DNA of 64,000 nt from a virus: positions 1 to 64,000 of the IMG/VR virus record IMGVR_UViG_3300037104_000756. The stretch is one strand, 5' to 3'. Under the pieces are notes generated by a model. The model was not told the DNA's origin and did no database searches. It saw nothing but the letters and a program-made list of their open reading frames with translations. Made by a program: the position numbers and the translations under genes. Shown piece after piece: positions 1-9,582 of this stretch. Each line of letters opens with the position of its first letter. Position 1 is the first letter of the stretch.

Positions 1-189
1 ACGGGTGTTCTGGATCAGACTTCCAGCCGATCTAAAATGTTTGCAGCCATCGCCACGGGCGGAATTACTGTCAACTCCAACGCCGATAATCAAGCTTTAC
101 AAGTTCAAAATGTGGGTACTGCCTATACCACAGGAGATGGACTTGTGACCTTTGTTGTGGATTATATGATCGTTCCTAGCTCACTGTAA
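1..189 (+). CDS. 3' end of a truncated hypothetical, probably virion, protein
   Basis: Frame 1 is open from base 1 to TAA at 187-189 (…VQNVGTAYTTGDGLVTFVVDYMIVPSSL). Confidence 0.6.
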   Translation, partial: TGVLDQTSSRSKMFAAIATGGITVNSNADNQALQVQNVGTAYTTGDGLVTFVVDYMIVPSSL

Positions 190-234
190 TCCCAGGATTG
201 AAGCTGAAATTGAACGGCAGGGGGCAGCCTGACC

Positions 235-2133
235 ATGTTTGACATTGACAAAACACTACTTGAAAATTATCGCCATTCCTTTGACTTCACAAACTTCCCC
301 AAGAAGTTTCTGGAGCGATTTGAGCACACCACCCCTGATGAAAAAACGAAGTGGTTTACTGAGCGATTCTTATGCTTGAAGTACCATTTGTTCTTGAGTG
401 GTTTTACGGTTGCGGATAAAGCGGGCGACCCCGACTTACCGAAAGAGTTCGTCCCTATTCTGGGGATGGACTTCCAAGATGACCCCCACACCCAGCTATT
501 CGCGCAGTACGTGCAGAACCGTCCTGGCGAGCACTTTGTCCTGTCCGATCTGGACACCGTCACCAAGAAGCGGATGATCCTCTGGCCTCGCGGCATCTTC
601 AAAACTTCCTCCGTAGTCGTCGACATCGTTCAGACCATTTTGAATTATCCCAACGTCCGTATTTGCTTCCTTACGGGCGGCGACCAATTGGCAAAGCGCC
701 AACTGGCGCGCGTTAAGCGTGTGTTTGAAAAGCCAACGAAACGGTTCCAACTTCTGTTCCCCGAATATTGTTTGAAGAGTGTCCGCAACAAGAAAATTAA
801 AGATGAGACTGACCCGCGCGCGTGGTCCGACGAGTTATGCAAGATGGGAACGGCGCACGAGTTTACCGTCCCATGCCGCACCAACGACACCTTCGCTGAA
901 CCGACATTCGCGATTTCGACTGCCCGATCCGTTAAGGCGGGGTCGCACTTTGAGAAGATTTACATTGATGATTTGGTGAACGATCAAAACTATCGCAGCG
1001 GTAAAGCCTTGGAAAAATGCTATCAGGATTACCTCGACATCTGCCCTGTGTTGGAGCCATCCGGGTTCATCATCATGACCGGAACGCGGTATTCCTACGG
1101 AGACACCTACGAAGTTATTCAAGAGAAAGCGCGCGAGGAAGAACAGCAGATCGGAAAGACTATCTGGAAATTCTCCATTCGAGATTGCTGGAGCATGGGT
1201 TGCGAGAATTGCCGTCACACCGACGTGTACCACGACTACAGCGTAAATATTCTGCAGCCACCGTGTATCGAACTCGGATGCACATGCAAAGGGTTTCGGT
1301 CAAACGGGTCCAAAGGAGTCCTATTCCCTGAAAAGCGTACGGTGGATGGGCGAGCTATTGGACATACCCTGGCTTTCCTTGAAGGCGAAAAAATTCGATT
1401 GGGTGCGGAGTTCTTTGCGAACCAATATGAGAACAAACCCATCGCCACGGGATCGCAAACATTCACCGAGACGTTGATTGGTGGGCAGACTCTGCATGAC
1501 ATGGGTCAAATTCCCTTGTACTCACACTCCTACACCTTTGTTGTAGGAGATTTGGCATATGTAGGACAGGAAGGTCGGGATTATTCTGTTCTGTTCATCT
1601 GCCGCTTGTTTCAAGGACAAATTTTTATCTTCGACTGTGTGTTCGGGAATTGGGATTCGGCGCAGATTGCGGAAAATACCGTTAACGTGCTGCTCAAACA
1701 TCGTCCCAATATCGTGTTCTACGAAAAATTCAATGGCTGGGAAGCGTACAACAATATCATCACCGCGCACGCGGCGTCGCGCGGCATCGCCAAGGCGGAT
1801 ATTCAGTGGGAAAAAGGCTCTCAAGCTACCAACGCCAAAATGACTCGCATCGGCTCGGTGAAAGGTCCGTTGAGTAACAAGCGCCTGTGGTTGTTCGCGG
1901 GCATGCCGGGATACGACATCCTCGTCAAACAGCTAACCAAATGGCCGAAGCTGGGTCGTCATGACGATTTCGCGGACACAGCGGGCATGGTTGTATCGGC
2001 TCCGACTGGATATCAGTTAGAGAGTCCGCCAATCTTGTCGACTGGTTTAAGCTGGTTACAGAAACTCCACCAAGTCGATCCTGTTGAGTATAATTATCCA
2101 GACACAGGTATGGGGAACGGGCTAATCGGGTAG
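235..2133 (+). CDS. terL: Terminase large subunit
   Basis: Walker A-like PRGIFKTS, Walker B IYIDDL, coupling motif GTRY, nuclease motifs VGDLA and HDDFAD; lies directly upstream of the portal. Confidence 0.92.
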   Translation: MFDIDKTLLENYRHSFDFTNFPKKFLERFEHTTPDEKTKWFTERFLCLKYHLFLSGFTVADKAGDPDLPKEFVPILGMDFQDDPHTQLFAQYVQNRPGEHFVLSDLDTVTKKRMILWPRGIFKTSSVVVDIVQTILNYPNVRICFLTGGDQLAKRQLARVKRVFEKPTKRFQLLFPEYCLKSVRNKKIKDETDPRAWSDELCKMGTAHEFTVPCRTNDTFAEPTFAISTARSVKAGSHFEKIYIDDLVNDQNYRSGKALEKCYQDYLDICPVLEPSGFIIMTGTRYSYGDTYEVIQEKAREEEQQIGKTIWKFSIRDCWSMGCENCRHTDVYHDYSVNILQPPCIELGCTCKGFRSNGSKGVLFPEKRTVDGRAIGHTLAFLEGEKIRLGAEFFANQYENKPIATGSQTFTETLIGGQTLHDMGQIPLYSHSYTFVVGDLAYVGQEGRDYSVLFICRLFQGQIFIFDCVFGNWDSAQIAENTVNVLLKHRPNIVFYEKFNGWEAYNNIITAHAASRGIAKADIQWEKGSQATNAKMTRIGSVKGPLSNKRLWLFAGMPGYDILVKQLTKWPKLGRHDDFADTAGMVVSAPTGYQLESPPILSTGLSWLQKLHQVDPVEYNYPDTGMGNGLIG

Positions 2134-2139
2134 CAACTG

Positions 2140-2160
2140 GACTTTTTGTGTCATTAGAGA
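2140..2160 (+). promoter_or_regulatory. Putative phage late promoter (GACT-N9-AT motif)
   Basis: GACT TTTTGTGTC ATTAGAGA upstream of the portal; one of 12 intergenic copies. Confidence 0.55.
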
Positions 2161-2207
2161 AGGGGTAGTTCCCTCCACATCATCATTCGAGAGGAAGTCG
2201 TAGACCT

Positions 2208-4427
2208 ATGTCGGACAGCGACATCAAAGCCACTAGCCATTTCACCGATCAAGGTCAAATGCGAATCTCCGAACTCCCTGGAGCCGTTCCGTATGGCGAA
2301 ACAGCCCTGCCTATCGGAGCCACCGAGGTAGCTTTCGAGGACCAGCGTCGGTCCGATCTTTCGATGATGAAAGAGGCGAACCTTAATAGGGAAGAATCGG
2401 AGCAATTCATTGCAACAAGGGGTCTTATCGGCAGATGGAACATGGCTGAAATCATGTTGCGCGCGTGGGTCGAGCCCATCAAATGGAAAAATAGCGATCA
2501 GTTTCGGTCACATCTTGGAATTCCACTCATTGCCGAGCAATTCTACAGCATCCACAGCGTGGTTAACCAAACCCTATTCGGCGGATATCAAGTTTTTAAA
2601 ATCGACGCCACGTCAGGCACACCGATGGAGTGCGCGGAAGCCCAGCAGGCTATTTTGAACGCGCAATTGAAAAATTGTGGATACAAGGGTGTGTCCGCCA
2701 AATCAGAATTTCGAGAAATCACCTACGACGGTCTGTTTTATGGATTCGGCGTGGCGCATTATGGTTGGCAGACGATCAAGAAAAACATCATCAAGAAGGT
2801 TCAGAAAGTTCACGCCCAAACAATCACCCTAAACGACACTCTGGTTCAAATCCCTGCCGCCGACGAAGATGATATTGTGGAAAAGGTGGTTGGGGTTCTC
2901 GAAGTGAACATGCCGAAGCTGGAGCATGTGCCCATTCGTCGTTTTCGATACTCTCCCGACCTGCGTCGCGGCGACCCGCGCTGCGCGGAATGGTGCGGTC
3001 GAATTATCTACGTCACGGGATATGATTTGGACGCTCTTCGAAATACTGAGGGTTGGAATATTCCTACCCGCGACCAGTTGGTTAAGCTGACAACTCCGCA
3101 AATGCAGAGTCAGTCGGCTACAAACCCGTTGGAGACATTAGGATCGAACACAGGGAACCCCGTTTTTCAACAAACGACGACTCCACAAAAGGCTTTGCCT
3201 GAAAACTACACCGACCGCACATCGCATGACCCTTTGATGCGCAAATTTGAGTTGTTCGATTACTGGACCGGGTCGCGGCACGCAATCATTCTCGGTAAAG
3301 AATACACTTTGCTGAATGACGAGCATAAATTCGGACGCCCTCCGTTTCTGGGCTTCTGTTTTCGAAATGCGCCCGACTCCGCGCACGGTTACGGTATTGC
3401 ATATTGGCTAACAGACTTCCAACGTGTTTGCCAAGGAGTAATTAACGCATTTTTGGATGACATGAACCTGAATTTGATGGGGACATACACGTCCCCGGCT
3501 GGCGCGAACAACAGCGCGCAGGCTCAGTGGATTTTCCCAGGCAAAATCTTCAAAAGCGACCCTCAAGGGAAGCTGGAACCCATCACGCGGAACTCTATCG
3601 ACGCAAAAGAGCCTTTGGCTGTCATTGCACAGATGAAAGCATGGGCGGCATCGGTTAGCGGCGCGGGTCCGGGCACGTTGGGCTCAAATCCCGGCGCTGC
3701 GGGTGATATGCGCACGCCTGCAGGCGTAGAAGCCCTCTCTGGTGGAGAATCCGTCAAGCTGCAGGACCTGATTGACGTAATTTCCGAGCAGGTGTTCATC
3801 CCGTTCGTAGAATTTTGTATTGCCGAGAACCAGAAGCTGAAGCCGTCGCAGATTCGCGCGCTGTTGTCGGACGCGCTCGGCGCGGCGTTCGAAGCCACGC
3901 CTCTGAACATCATTAACGGCACATATAAGGTCGATATTTCGGCTGGAACGAAACTCGCGGCGCGCGAAGCCTTGAACAAATACATCGGCATCATCCAAAC
4001 CATCCTGCAAGCCCCGGGCACGGTTGAAAATTTGGCAGTGCAGGCGCTGAAGCTGGATTACAACGCTTTAATTTCCTCAATGTATGATTCGTTTGGTGTG
4101 CCGTACAAGGAGAAGGTAATTGTCCCCATGAACGACGAGGACAAGGCGCGCATGATGGCGAATACACAACAAGCCGCAATGCAGGGTAAGATGGGAATTG
4201 TTAGAACTCAGGGTGAAGTCAAGAAAGACGTTGACAATAACCAATCTGAGAATAGAATGCTAATTGAGACAGGCAAACACACGTTGAAGGCTCAAAGCAT
4301 CGATCACAACGCCTCTGTGGACGCAGCGCAAGCAAAAGCCGAAGCTGCGACGCCAGAAGCCCAAGGATTAGATCGAGCAGCTAAAGGCGCGTTTGCCAAC
4401 ATGGATAAAGCAGAATTTCCGAAGTAG
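2208..4427 (+). CDS. Portal protein
   Basis: 739 aa between TerL and scaffold/capsid; YGFGVAHYGW and HGYGIAYWL segments resemble podoviral portals; Q/A-rich helical C-terminus. Confidence 0.85.
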   Translation: MSDSDIKATSHFTDQGQMRISELPGAVPYGETALPIGATEVAFEDQRRSDLSMMKEANLNREESEQFIATRGLIGRWNMAEIMLRAWVEPIKWKNSDQFRSHLGIPLIAEQFYSIHSVVNQTLFGGYQVFKIDATSGTPMECAEAQQAILNAQLKNCGYKGVSAKSEFREITYDGLFYGFGVAHYGWQTIKKNIIKKVQKVHAQTITLNDTLVQIPAADEDDIVEKVVGVLEVNMPKLEHVPIRRFRYSPDLRRGDPRCAEWCGRIIYVTGYDLDALRNTEGWNIPTRDQLVKLTTPQMQSQSATNPLETLGSNTGNPVFQQTTTPQKALPENYTDRTSHDPLMRKFELFDYWTGSRHAIILGKEYTLLNDEHKFGRPPFLGFCFRNAPDSAHGYGIAYWLTDFQRVCQGVINAFLDDMNLNLMGTYTSPAGANNSAQAQWIFPGKIFKSDPQGKLEPITRNSIDAKEPLAVIAQMKAWAASVSGAGPGTLGSNPGAAGDMRTPAGVEALSGGESVKLQDLIDVISEQVFIPFVEFCIAENQKLKPSQIRALLSDALGAAFEATPLNIINGTYKVDISAGTKLAAREALNKYIGIIQTILQAPGTVENLAVQALKLDYNALISSMYDSFGVPYKEKVIVPMNDEDKARMMANTQQAAMQGKMGIVRTQGEVKKDVDNNQSENRMLIETGKHTLKAQSIDHNASVDAAQAKAEAATPEAQGLDRAAKGAFANMDKAEFPK

Positions 4428-4447
4428 ACTTTTTCAGACATAAATAC
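4427..4447 (+). promoter_or_regulatory. Putative late promoter (GACT-N9-ATA)
   Basis: GACT TTTTCAGAC ATAAATAC. Confidence 0.55.
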
Positions 4448-4523
4448 ATTCGGTTATTCCTTTCACCAGAACCCCGAATTTAAGGGGGTTATGATACAAA
4501 GTATTGCAAGTAAGGAGCCTGAC

Positions 4524-4946
4524 ATGAGCAGCAGTGAAATCCCCGTGAGTGCGGCGGCATCGCCGTTTACGACAGAGACCACCCCCAATATTGAGCGTGC
4601 GAATAGACTCATCAGTCTGCGCAGCAACCCCGGATTCCGTGATTTGATTCGTCTGTCGCTGGAGATTGTGCAGTCGGCAGCCGATATTTGCGCAGATTAT
4701 CCTGGCTGGGATGCACAACAAATAACGGTTCTAAAAGTACGCATGCAGTGCGCGAAAGAACATCACGCGCTTCTCTTAAATAAAGTCCAAGAAGCCATCG
4801 AGACTGGCAAACAAGAGGCAATTGCGCAGGCTCCAACTCTACCCGCCAAGACTGCTTCAGATATGGTAGACCAAGGGGATTACGTGCGCCAGCAGGTACT
4901 CCAGCAATTCGATGAGATGGAATCGCGTCCCGCTGGATCATATTAA
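4524..4946 (+). CDS. Hypothetical head-module protein
   Basis: SD TAAGGAG before ATG 4524; helical protein between portal and scaffold. Confidence 0.7.
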   Translation: MSSSEIPVSAAASPFTTETTPNIERANRLISLRSNPGFRDLIRLSLEIVQSAADICADYPGWDAQQITVLKVRMQCAKEHHALLLNKVQEAIETGKQEAIAQAPTLPAKTASDMVDQGDYVRQQVLQQFDEMESRPAGSY

Positions 4947-4975
4947 AGAGTTGCTGAAATCTTGTTACGGTTTAT

Positions 4976-4996
4976 GACTATTCAAATCATCATTGA
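4976..4996 (+). promoter_or_regulatory. Putative late promoter (GACT-N9-ATC)
   Basis: GACT ATTCAAATC ATCATTGA; upstream flank TGCTGAAATCTTGTTACGGTTTAT resembles that of the 42517 copy. Confidence 0.55.
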
Positions 4997-5010
4997 GGGA
5001 GCACATTCAA

Positions 5011-6081
5011 ATGAGCAACGATACATTTTCTGTTAGCGACGAACTGACAAAAGCAATCCAAGATTCTATCAACTCTGCCGATATTCGGACGGTTGTGCAG
5101 GGCGCAATCGACAAGCAGTCTGCAGCCTCGGCGGTACTGGCGGCTGACCAAGCGAATGCTGAGAAGGCAGCAGCGGATCAGCTTGCTGCAGAGACTGCGG
5201 ATGCTACGTCATCGGGATTCTCGCGTATCGAAACTATCGGCGGGCGCGAATTCACATTTGAAGCCGGAAGCGAACTGGAACTTGAGCAACTGATCAATAA
5301 CGCCTATAAAGTTGCGTACGCAGTTCAGACTCCAGTCCAAACAGAAGAAGCGGCTCCTGTGCTCGATGCGGCTACGGTTGCGGCAGCAGCGGTGGTCGAG
5401 GCGGATATCAAGGCTGCGTTGGAATTGAAATTCAAGAATGGCGAGATTTCCACGGCGGATTATCTCGAACAGTCGGGTGCCATCAAGGATTATCTTCAAA
5501 GGCAAGGCGTGCCGCTGGATGCACTGAAGGCGGCGGTCGACACGAATCACGATACGCAGTACAAAACATCATGGGAACAAGCGACCGAACAGTTCAAGAG
5601 TTCTGCCGCAGGATCGTCGTGGCCGGGTGGGGATCAAAACAAAAACATGATTGGTTTGTTGATTGCGCAGATGGGTCTTCTCGACGCGCCGGATAAAGTC
5701 TCGGCGCTATCGCAAGCGTACGAGCAAATGAAAACGACAGGCATGATATTCCCTGGTGACGATGCAGAAGATACCTCGGTGGTCGACACTACAAACGATA
5801 TCGTTCGGACGGAAGTTGTCGCAGCCCCTGCGGCTGTGGCTACTCCTGCGCCAGCAGCGGCACCGAAAAAGGCAGCGGGTTCGTCTTCAATGTTTAACAC
5901 GAGTTCTGGCGGCAGTGGCAATAGCGGCGCACCGGCTCCAGCAGCGGTCAAGACAAATGTTGATCCGAATGCATCACCTGCAGAAATTATGGACGCGTGG
6001 AAGAAAGCGCAGGTTGCTGCGGGAAAAGACCCCAACTCCGCATTCACTGAAACGTTTGCGAACGGCGGACGCCGAGTATAG
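5011..6081 (+). CDS. Capsid scaffolding protein (putative)
   Basis: Acidic, Ala-rich helical protein just upstream of the MCP; SD GGGAG before ATG 5011. Confidence 0.65.
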   Translation: MSNDTFSVSDELTKAIQDSINSADIRTVVQGAIDKQSAASAVLAADQANAEKAAADQLAAETADATSSGFSRIETIGGREFTFEAGSELELEQLINNAYKVAYAVQTPVQTEEAAPVLDAATVAAAAVVEADIKAALELKFKNGEISTADYLEQSGAIKDYLQRQGVPLDALKAAVDTNHDTQYKTSWEQATEQFKSSAAGSSWPGGDQNKNMIGLLIAQMGLLDAPDKVSALSQAYEQMKTTGMIFPGDDAEDTSVVDTTNDIVRTEVVAAPAAVATPAPAAAPKKAAGSSSMFNTSSGGSGNSGAPAPAAVKTNVDPNASPAEIMDAWKKAQVAAGKDPNSAFTETFANGGRRV

Positions 6082-6235
6082 TTTACAGCACACCAATTTG
6101 CGCAGTCCGATCACCTGCGTTTAGCCGAGGCGAGGGCGGCTCGAACCGCCCCTCTCAGGTCTTCTTGTATCGCACCAGATAGTTAGTTCCCGCCATTAGA
6201 ATCGCATTCTCTTCTTGCATATCTCTGAAGTTTAT

Positions 6236-6256
6236 GACTATCAAATGTATAAGTGT
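6236..6256 (+). promoter_or_regulatory. Putative late promoter for the capsid gene
   Basis: GACT ATCAAATGT ATAAGTGT. Confidence 0.6.
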
Positions 6257-6321
6257 ACAGACTCCTTGAGCAAGAGACTGGTTGATTTTCGAGTCGATTA
6301 CGACTCACAAGGAGCACTACA

Positions 6322-7317
6322 TTGATTCTTCCTCCTGGCGTAATTTCTACCACATTAGCTGCGTTCCCGCAGATCGCGTACGACCGCACAGCAATTTTGG
6401 AATGGCAATTCAACACCCCCTTCCTCGAAGAGCTTTGCGACTTCCGTCCGCTGCCCCGGCGCTCTGGTCGAACGCTCCAGTTCTACGGACAAACTCCGTA
6501 CGCTGCCGCGACCTATGACCTGTCCGAAGGTATTCCAGGTCCGTCGCTCCAACTGAACCAAGTGTTCAGCGATGCTTTCGCCGACGAATACGGCGACTGG
6601 ATCGGAATTTCAAATGTTGCGCAGCAAATGTTCCTCGCGGACATTACGCTCGACGCAAGCCGCAACCTTTCGTATCGGGGCGCTCTCACGAGCAACCTGA
6701 TCGCGATTAACGGCTTCGAAGCTGCGGCAACCGCCCAGGCTTCAGCGCGCATCGATTTGCTTGACAACGAATTCATGCTTTCCAACACCATCCGCAAGTG
6801 CGAGTCCCAGTTGATGGGCAACGCAGTTCCGGGTCGCGATGGCGGGCTATATACATCTGCGATGCACCCATACGTTGTGTACGACTTCATGTCGGACAAC
6901 AGCGCTGGGTCAGCAGTCGACACACTCAAGCGCTCCGAAGCTGGCGCGAATGTCCTGAAGTCGGACATGACACGCGGCTACACCGTGCTGGAGTGGAGCG
7001 GAGTTCGAATCATCCGCACCCAGACCGTGCCGACTTACGCAAATTACCCGTCAACGGGTAAGACAGGATACGCGACGTACGTTGTCGGTCGCGAAGCAAT
7101 GATGGCCTCCGAGTTACTGGGAACACGCGTTCCGCGCAGCCCCAGTTTCAAGGTGAACGTCAAGACCTTCGGCGATAACGACATCGATCTGAGCAACCCC
7201 ATGTTGCAGACACGAGCAATCGTGAGCTACGACTGGTTCCTCGGAGTTGTGGCAAGGCCCAACACTAACAACACCCCAGGTTTCAGGCGCGTAAGGGGTG
7301 AGGTTTCAGCGGTTTAA
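6322..7317 (+). CDS. Major capsid protein, N4-gp56-like family
   Basis: 331 aa; pattern RPLPRRSGRTLQF…LSEG…EYGDWIGIS typical of N4-gp56-type MCPs; SD AAGGAG with TTG start. Confidence 0.85.
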   Translation: MILPPGVISTTLAAFPQIAYDRTAILEWQFNTPFLEELCDFRPLPRRSGRTLQFYGQTPYAAATYDLSEGIPGPSLQLNQVFSDAFADEYGDWIGISNVAQQMFLADITLDASRNLSYRGALTSNLIAINGFEAAATAQASARIDLLDNEFMLSNTIRKCESQLMGNAVPGRDGGLYTSAMHPYVVYDFMSDNSAGSAVDTLKRSEAGANVLKSDMTRGYTVLEWSGVRIIRTQTVPTYANYPSTGKTGYATYVVGREAMMASELLGTRVPRSPSFKVNVKTFGDNDIDLSNPMLQTRAIVSYDWFLGVVARPNTNNTPGFRRVRGEVSAV

Positions 7318-7383
7318 CTCGGGTGTTGTTTTTCGCTTGACTTTCGGTGAGGAGTTGTTCTAAAATAGGTCTTGGAGGCAATC

Positions 7384-7782
7384 ATGCCATTCAAAGACCC
7401 GAACAGCGAAGCGGCCAAAGCAAGCAATAAACGGCGGCAGGCAAAGTATAACGCCACCGAGAAATCGAAGGAACGGTTTAAGAGATACCGCGAACGGCAC
7501 CCAGAGTTGCGACGAGAGAATTGGTACAAAGGCCAGTACGGCGTCACTTTGGAAGCGTTCGAAGCACAGATTGAAGCGCAAAATAATCTGTGTCCGATTG
7601 GAAATCATCCTTTCGGAAAGCGGGGCAGAAACGATGATTCGCCCTGCCAAGATCACGACCACGAGACTGGCACGAACCGAGCCATCTTGTGCAAGAATCA
7701 TAACTCGATGTTGGGTTTGGCTCGTGATTCAGTTGAAGATTTGGAATCAGGAATTTTGTACTTGAAATCTTTTGAGAAGTAA
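7384..7782 (+). CDS. Endonuclease VII-like (HNH) homing endonuclease
   Basis: YGVTLE…Q.NLCPI…DHDHETG.NRAILC.NHN.MLG; own sigma70-like promoter (TTGACT…TAAAAT) and GGAGG. Confidence 0.85.
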   Translation: MPFKDPNSEAAKASNKRRQAKYNATEKSKERFKRYRERHPELRRENWYKGQYGVTLEAFEAQIEAQNNLCPIGNHPFGKRGRNDDSPCQDHDHETGTNRAILCKNHNSMLGLARDSVEDLESGILYLKSFEK

Positions 7783-7796
7783 ACAGGAGAACTACC

Positions 7797-8393
7797 GTGT
7801 CCAACGCTTCTACAGTTCGCAGACAAGTCGCAGGAACGCAGCAATTGACGATTGCTCAACTTCTTGGGACATCGATTACCACAACACCGACCGCGTTTCA
7901 ATTGAACAACAACGGTCTGACTCTGACTGGCGGGGGCGTAATTCCTCTGTCCGCTGGCGTCACAGGATTGTACCAGGGAACTGGCGCAGTGCTGCACATC
8001 GCGGCAGTCGGCACCATCGCTGGTGTCACCTCGGCGACCCTATCCTTGAAGCTGTATGAAGTGCCTGCCGCTCTGCTCCCCATCGCCAACACGCTGGTGG
8101 GCGCACAGACATTCACAAACTGGAACTTGCTCGCTACGTCATCCGTTCGCACGGTTGGCGCGACGACTGACTCCTTCTCTTTCGACGCGCGCCTGCAATT
8201 GGACGCCGCTGGAAACCTGCAAGGACAGTTCACAGACGAGATCGATTCGTTGGTTGATGTGTATGCTCCGACAACCGCTGTAACGGGTTTGGTCGGCGAA
8301 GCAGACTTGAACTTCGTTCTAGTGGCGACACTGGGCGGCGGAGAAGTCGGCGTCATCCTCACCTGCAATGAGTTCCGATTGGACTTGGAATAG
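7797..8393 (+). CDS. Putative virion structural (decoration) protein
   Basis: T/G/A-rich beta-type composition in the head module; SD AGGAG. Confidence 0.55.
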   Translation: MSNASTVRRQVAGTQQLTIAQLLGTSITTTPTAFQLNNNGLTLTGGGVIPLSAGVTGLYQGTGAVLHIAAVGTIAGVTSATLSLKLYEVPAALLPIANTLVGAQTFTNWNLLATSSVRTVGATTDSFSFDARLQLDAAGNLQGQFTDEIDSLVDVYAPTTAVTGLVGEADLNFVLVATLGGGEVGVILTCNEFRLDLE

Positions 8394-8407
8394 CCAGTAG
8401 AAAGTTC

Positions 8408-8454
8408 TTGACATCGAAGCCCTCCAATGGCAAACTGCTGTTGGAGGGTTTTTC
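8408..8454 (+). terminator. Intrinsic terminator overlapping a sigma70-like promoter
   Basis: Stem GCCCTCCAA/TTGGAGGGT plus T-run; TTGACA(8408)-17-CAAACT with TG extension. Confidence 0.6.
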
Positions 8455-8706
8455 TTAAGGTGCAGGAAAAGCAACAGGCAGCGGCGGACCTGATACGGGC
8501 GACAAACGACCGCATGTTTATAACATCACCGTCAACTCAATGGGTAAGAGCGGCGATGCGATTGATGGAGATCGTGGAGACCAAAGCCATGGCATGGCGG
8601 ACCCCGTCAAGAAGAAAAAAGTCAAGCTGATGTCTAAAGGGACTAGCGGTTTGAAATCGGCAGGACAAAAAGTTCCAGCAGTTGCATAAAGAAAAAGGAG
8701 AACACC

Positions 8707-8913
8707 ATGTCAGGATTACTCGTACCTTACGGCTTCCCGACCGTCAACGCAGGCGGAACAGAAGGACTCGGCAAACTTATTGATACCGCAACAGGTTTGA
8801 CTGTCGCGCCTAACGGCACAACAGGTACACCTGCAGTTATCGCAGCGGATATCGCTGCAGTGTACGCGGGAGAGGGACAGAACGTGTTCGGTTTGCTTCG
8901 CACCACCAAGTAA
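8707..8913 (+). CDS. Small hypothetical protein
   Basis: SD AAGGAG; 68 aa, G/T/A-rich. Confidence 0.7.
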   Translation: MSGLLVPYGFPTVNAGGTEGLGKLIDTATGLTVAPNGTTGTPAVIAADIAAVYAGEGQNVFGLLRTTK

Positions 8914-8928
8914 CTCAGGAGGAACACC

Positions 8929-9135
8929 GTGGCTAGTATTACACCAGAAATCCCGTCAGGGAATGCATCGCTACCATCGCCGCTGATTACTCCGGGCTGG
9001 CCGCTGGCATCTGTACCTATGTCCAATCCCATAGCTAACAATCCAGGGACTTCACCGGGCATGAATACGACAGATGCTGCTGATTTGCTTGCGGCTGCGA
9101 CCGAAGCGGGAAATCAGAATAATTCAGTTGTGTAA
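8929..9135 (+). CDS. Small hypothetical protein
   Basis: SD AGGAGG with GTG start; Pro-rich. Confidence 0.65.
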   Translation: MASITPEIPSGNASLPSPLITPGWPLASVPMSNPIANNPGTSPGMNTTDAADLLAAATEAGNQNNSVV

Positions 9136-9141
9136 AGTTTT

Positions 9142-9217
9142 GGGGGATTAGCTCAGTTGGGAGAGCGCGTGCTTTGCAAGCATGAGGTCGCAGGTTCGAA
9201 CCCTGTATTCTCCACCA
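9142..9217 (+). tRNA. tRNA-Ala(UGC)
   Basis: 76-nt cloverleaf, G3:U70 identity pair, anticodon TGC, GGTTCGAACC T-arm, encoded CCA. Confidence 0.95.
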
Positions 9218-9314
9218 AGTTGCGCGGGGGCGCAAAGATGTATAAACCCACGGATGGCGCGCGGCGGCAAGAACAAGGGTATGAACCTGGGCTGCCGCGC
9301 AGACCATCAAATTA

Positions 9315-9389
9315 GCGGGCTTGGCCGAATGGTATAGGCATCTGGCTTCCACCCAGAACAAGCGTGTCCGATTCACGCAGTCCGCTCCA
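9315..9389 (+). tRNA. tRNA-Gly(UCC)
   Basis: Acceptor GCGGGCT/AGTCCGC, anticodon arm TCTGG-CTTCCAC-CCAGA, U73 plus CCA; T-loop reads TCCGATT. Confidence 0.85.
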
Positions 9390-9492
9390 TATTTTGTGGT
9401 ATGATGTTTGTGCCAGTGGCTTCATGCAATGTTCTAGGCGTTGTATGCATTGCGGGTAAGGAGCTAAAAACTCAACCACTGGCGTCAGATTT

Positions 9493-9566
9493 GCCCGATT
9501 CGTTCAGTGGCAGGACGGGGAGTTTGTACCTCCCAGACTGGCGTTCGATTCGTCGATTGGGCTCCA
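9493..9566 (+). tRNA. tRNA-Thr(UGU)
   Basis: Acceptor GCCCGAT/ATTGGGC, anticodon arm GGGAG-TTTGTAC-CTCCC, TTCGATT T-loop, CCA. Confidence 0.85.
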
Positions 9567-9582
9567 AATTGAAGGGAATGAA

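Noticed and set aside
8427-8689. Small ORFs after the 8408 terminator
   Set aside because: Two overlapping frames (8460-8630 and 8540-8689) compete and neither has a convincing start, so none was called.
9432-9438. CTA in a 7-nt loop as an amber suppressor anticodon, implying recoding
   Set aside because: No D or T arms and no CCA; TAG terminates many intact genes normally.
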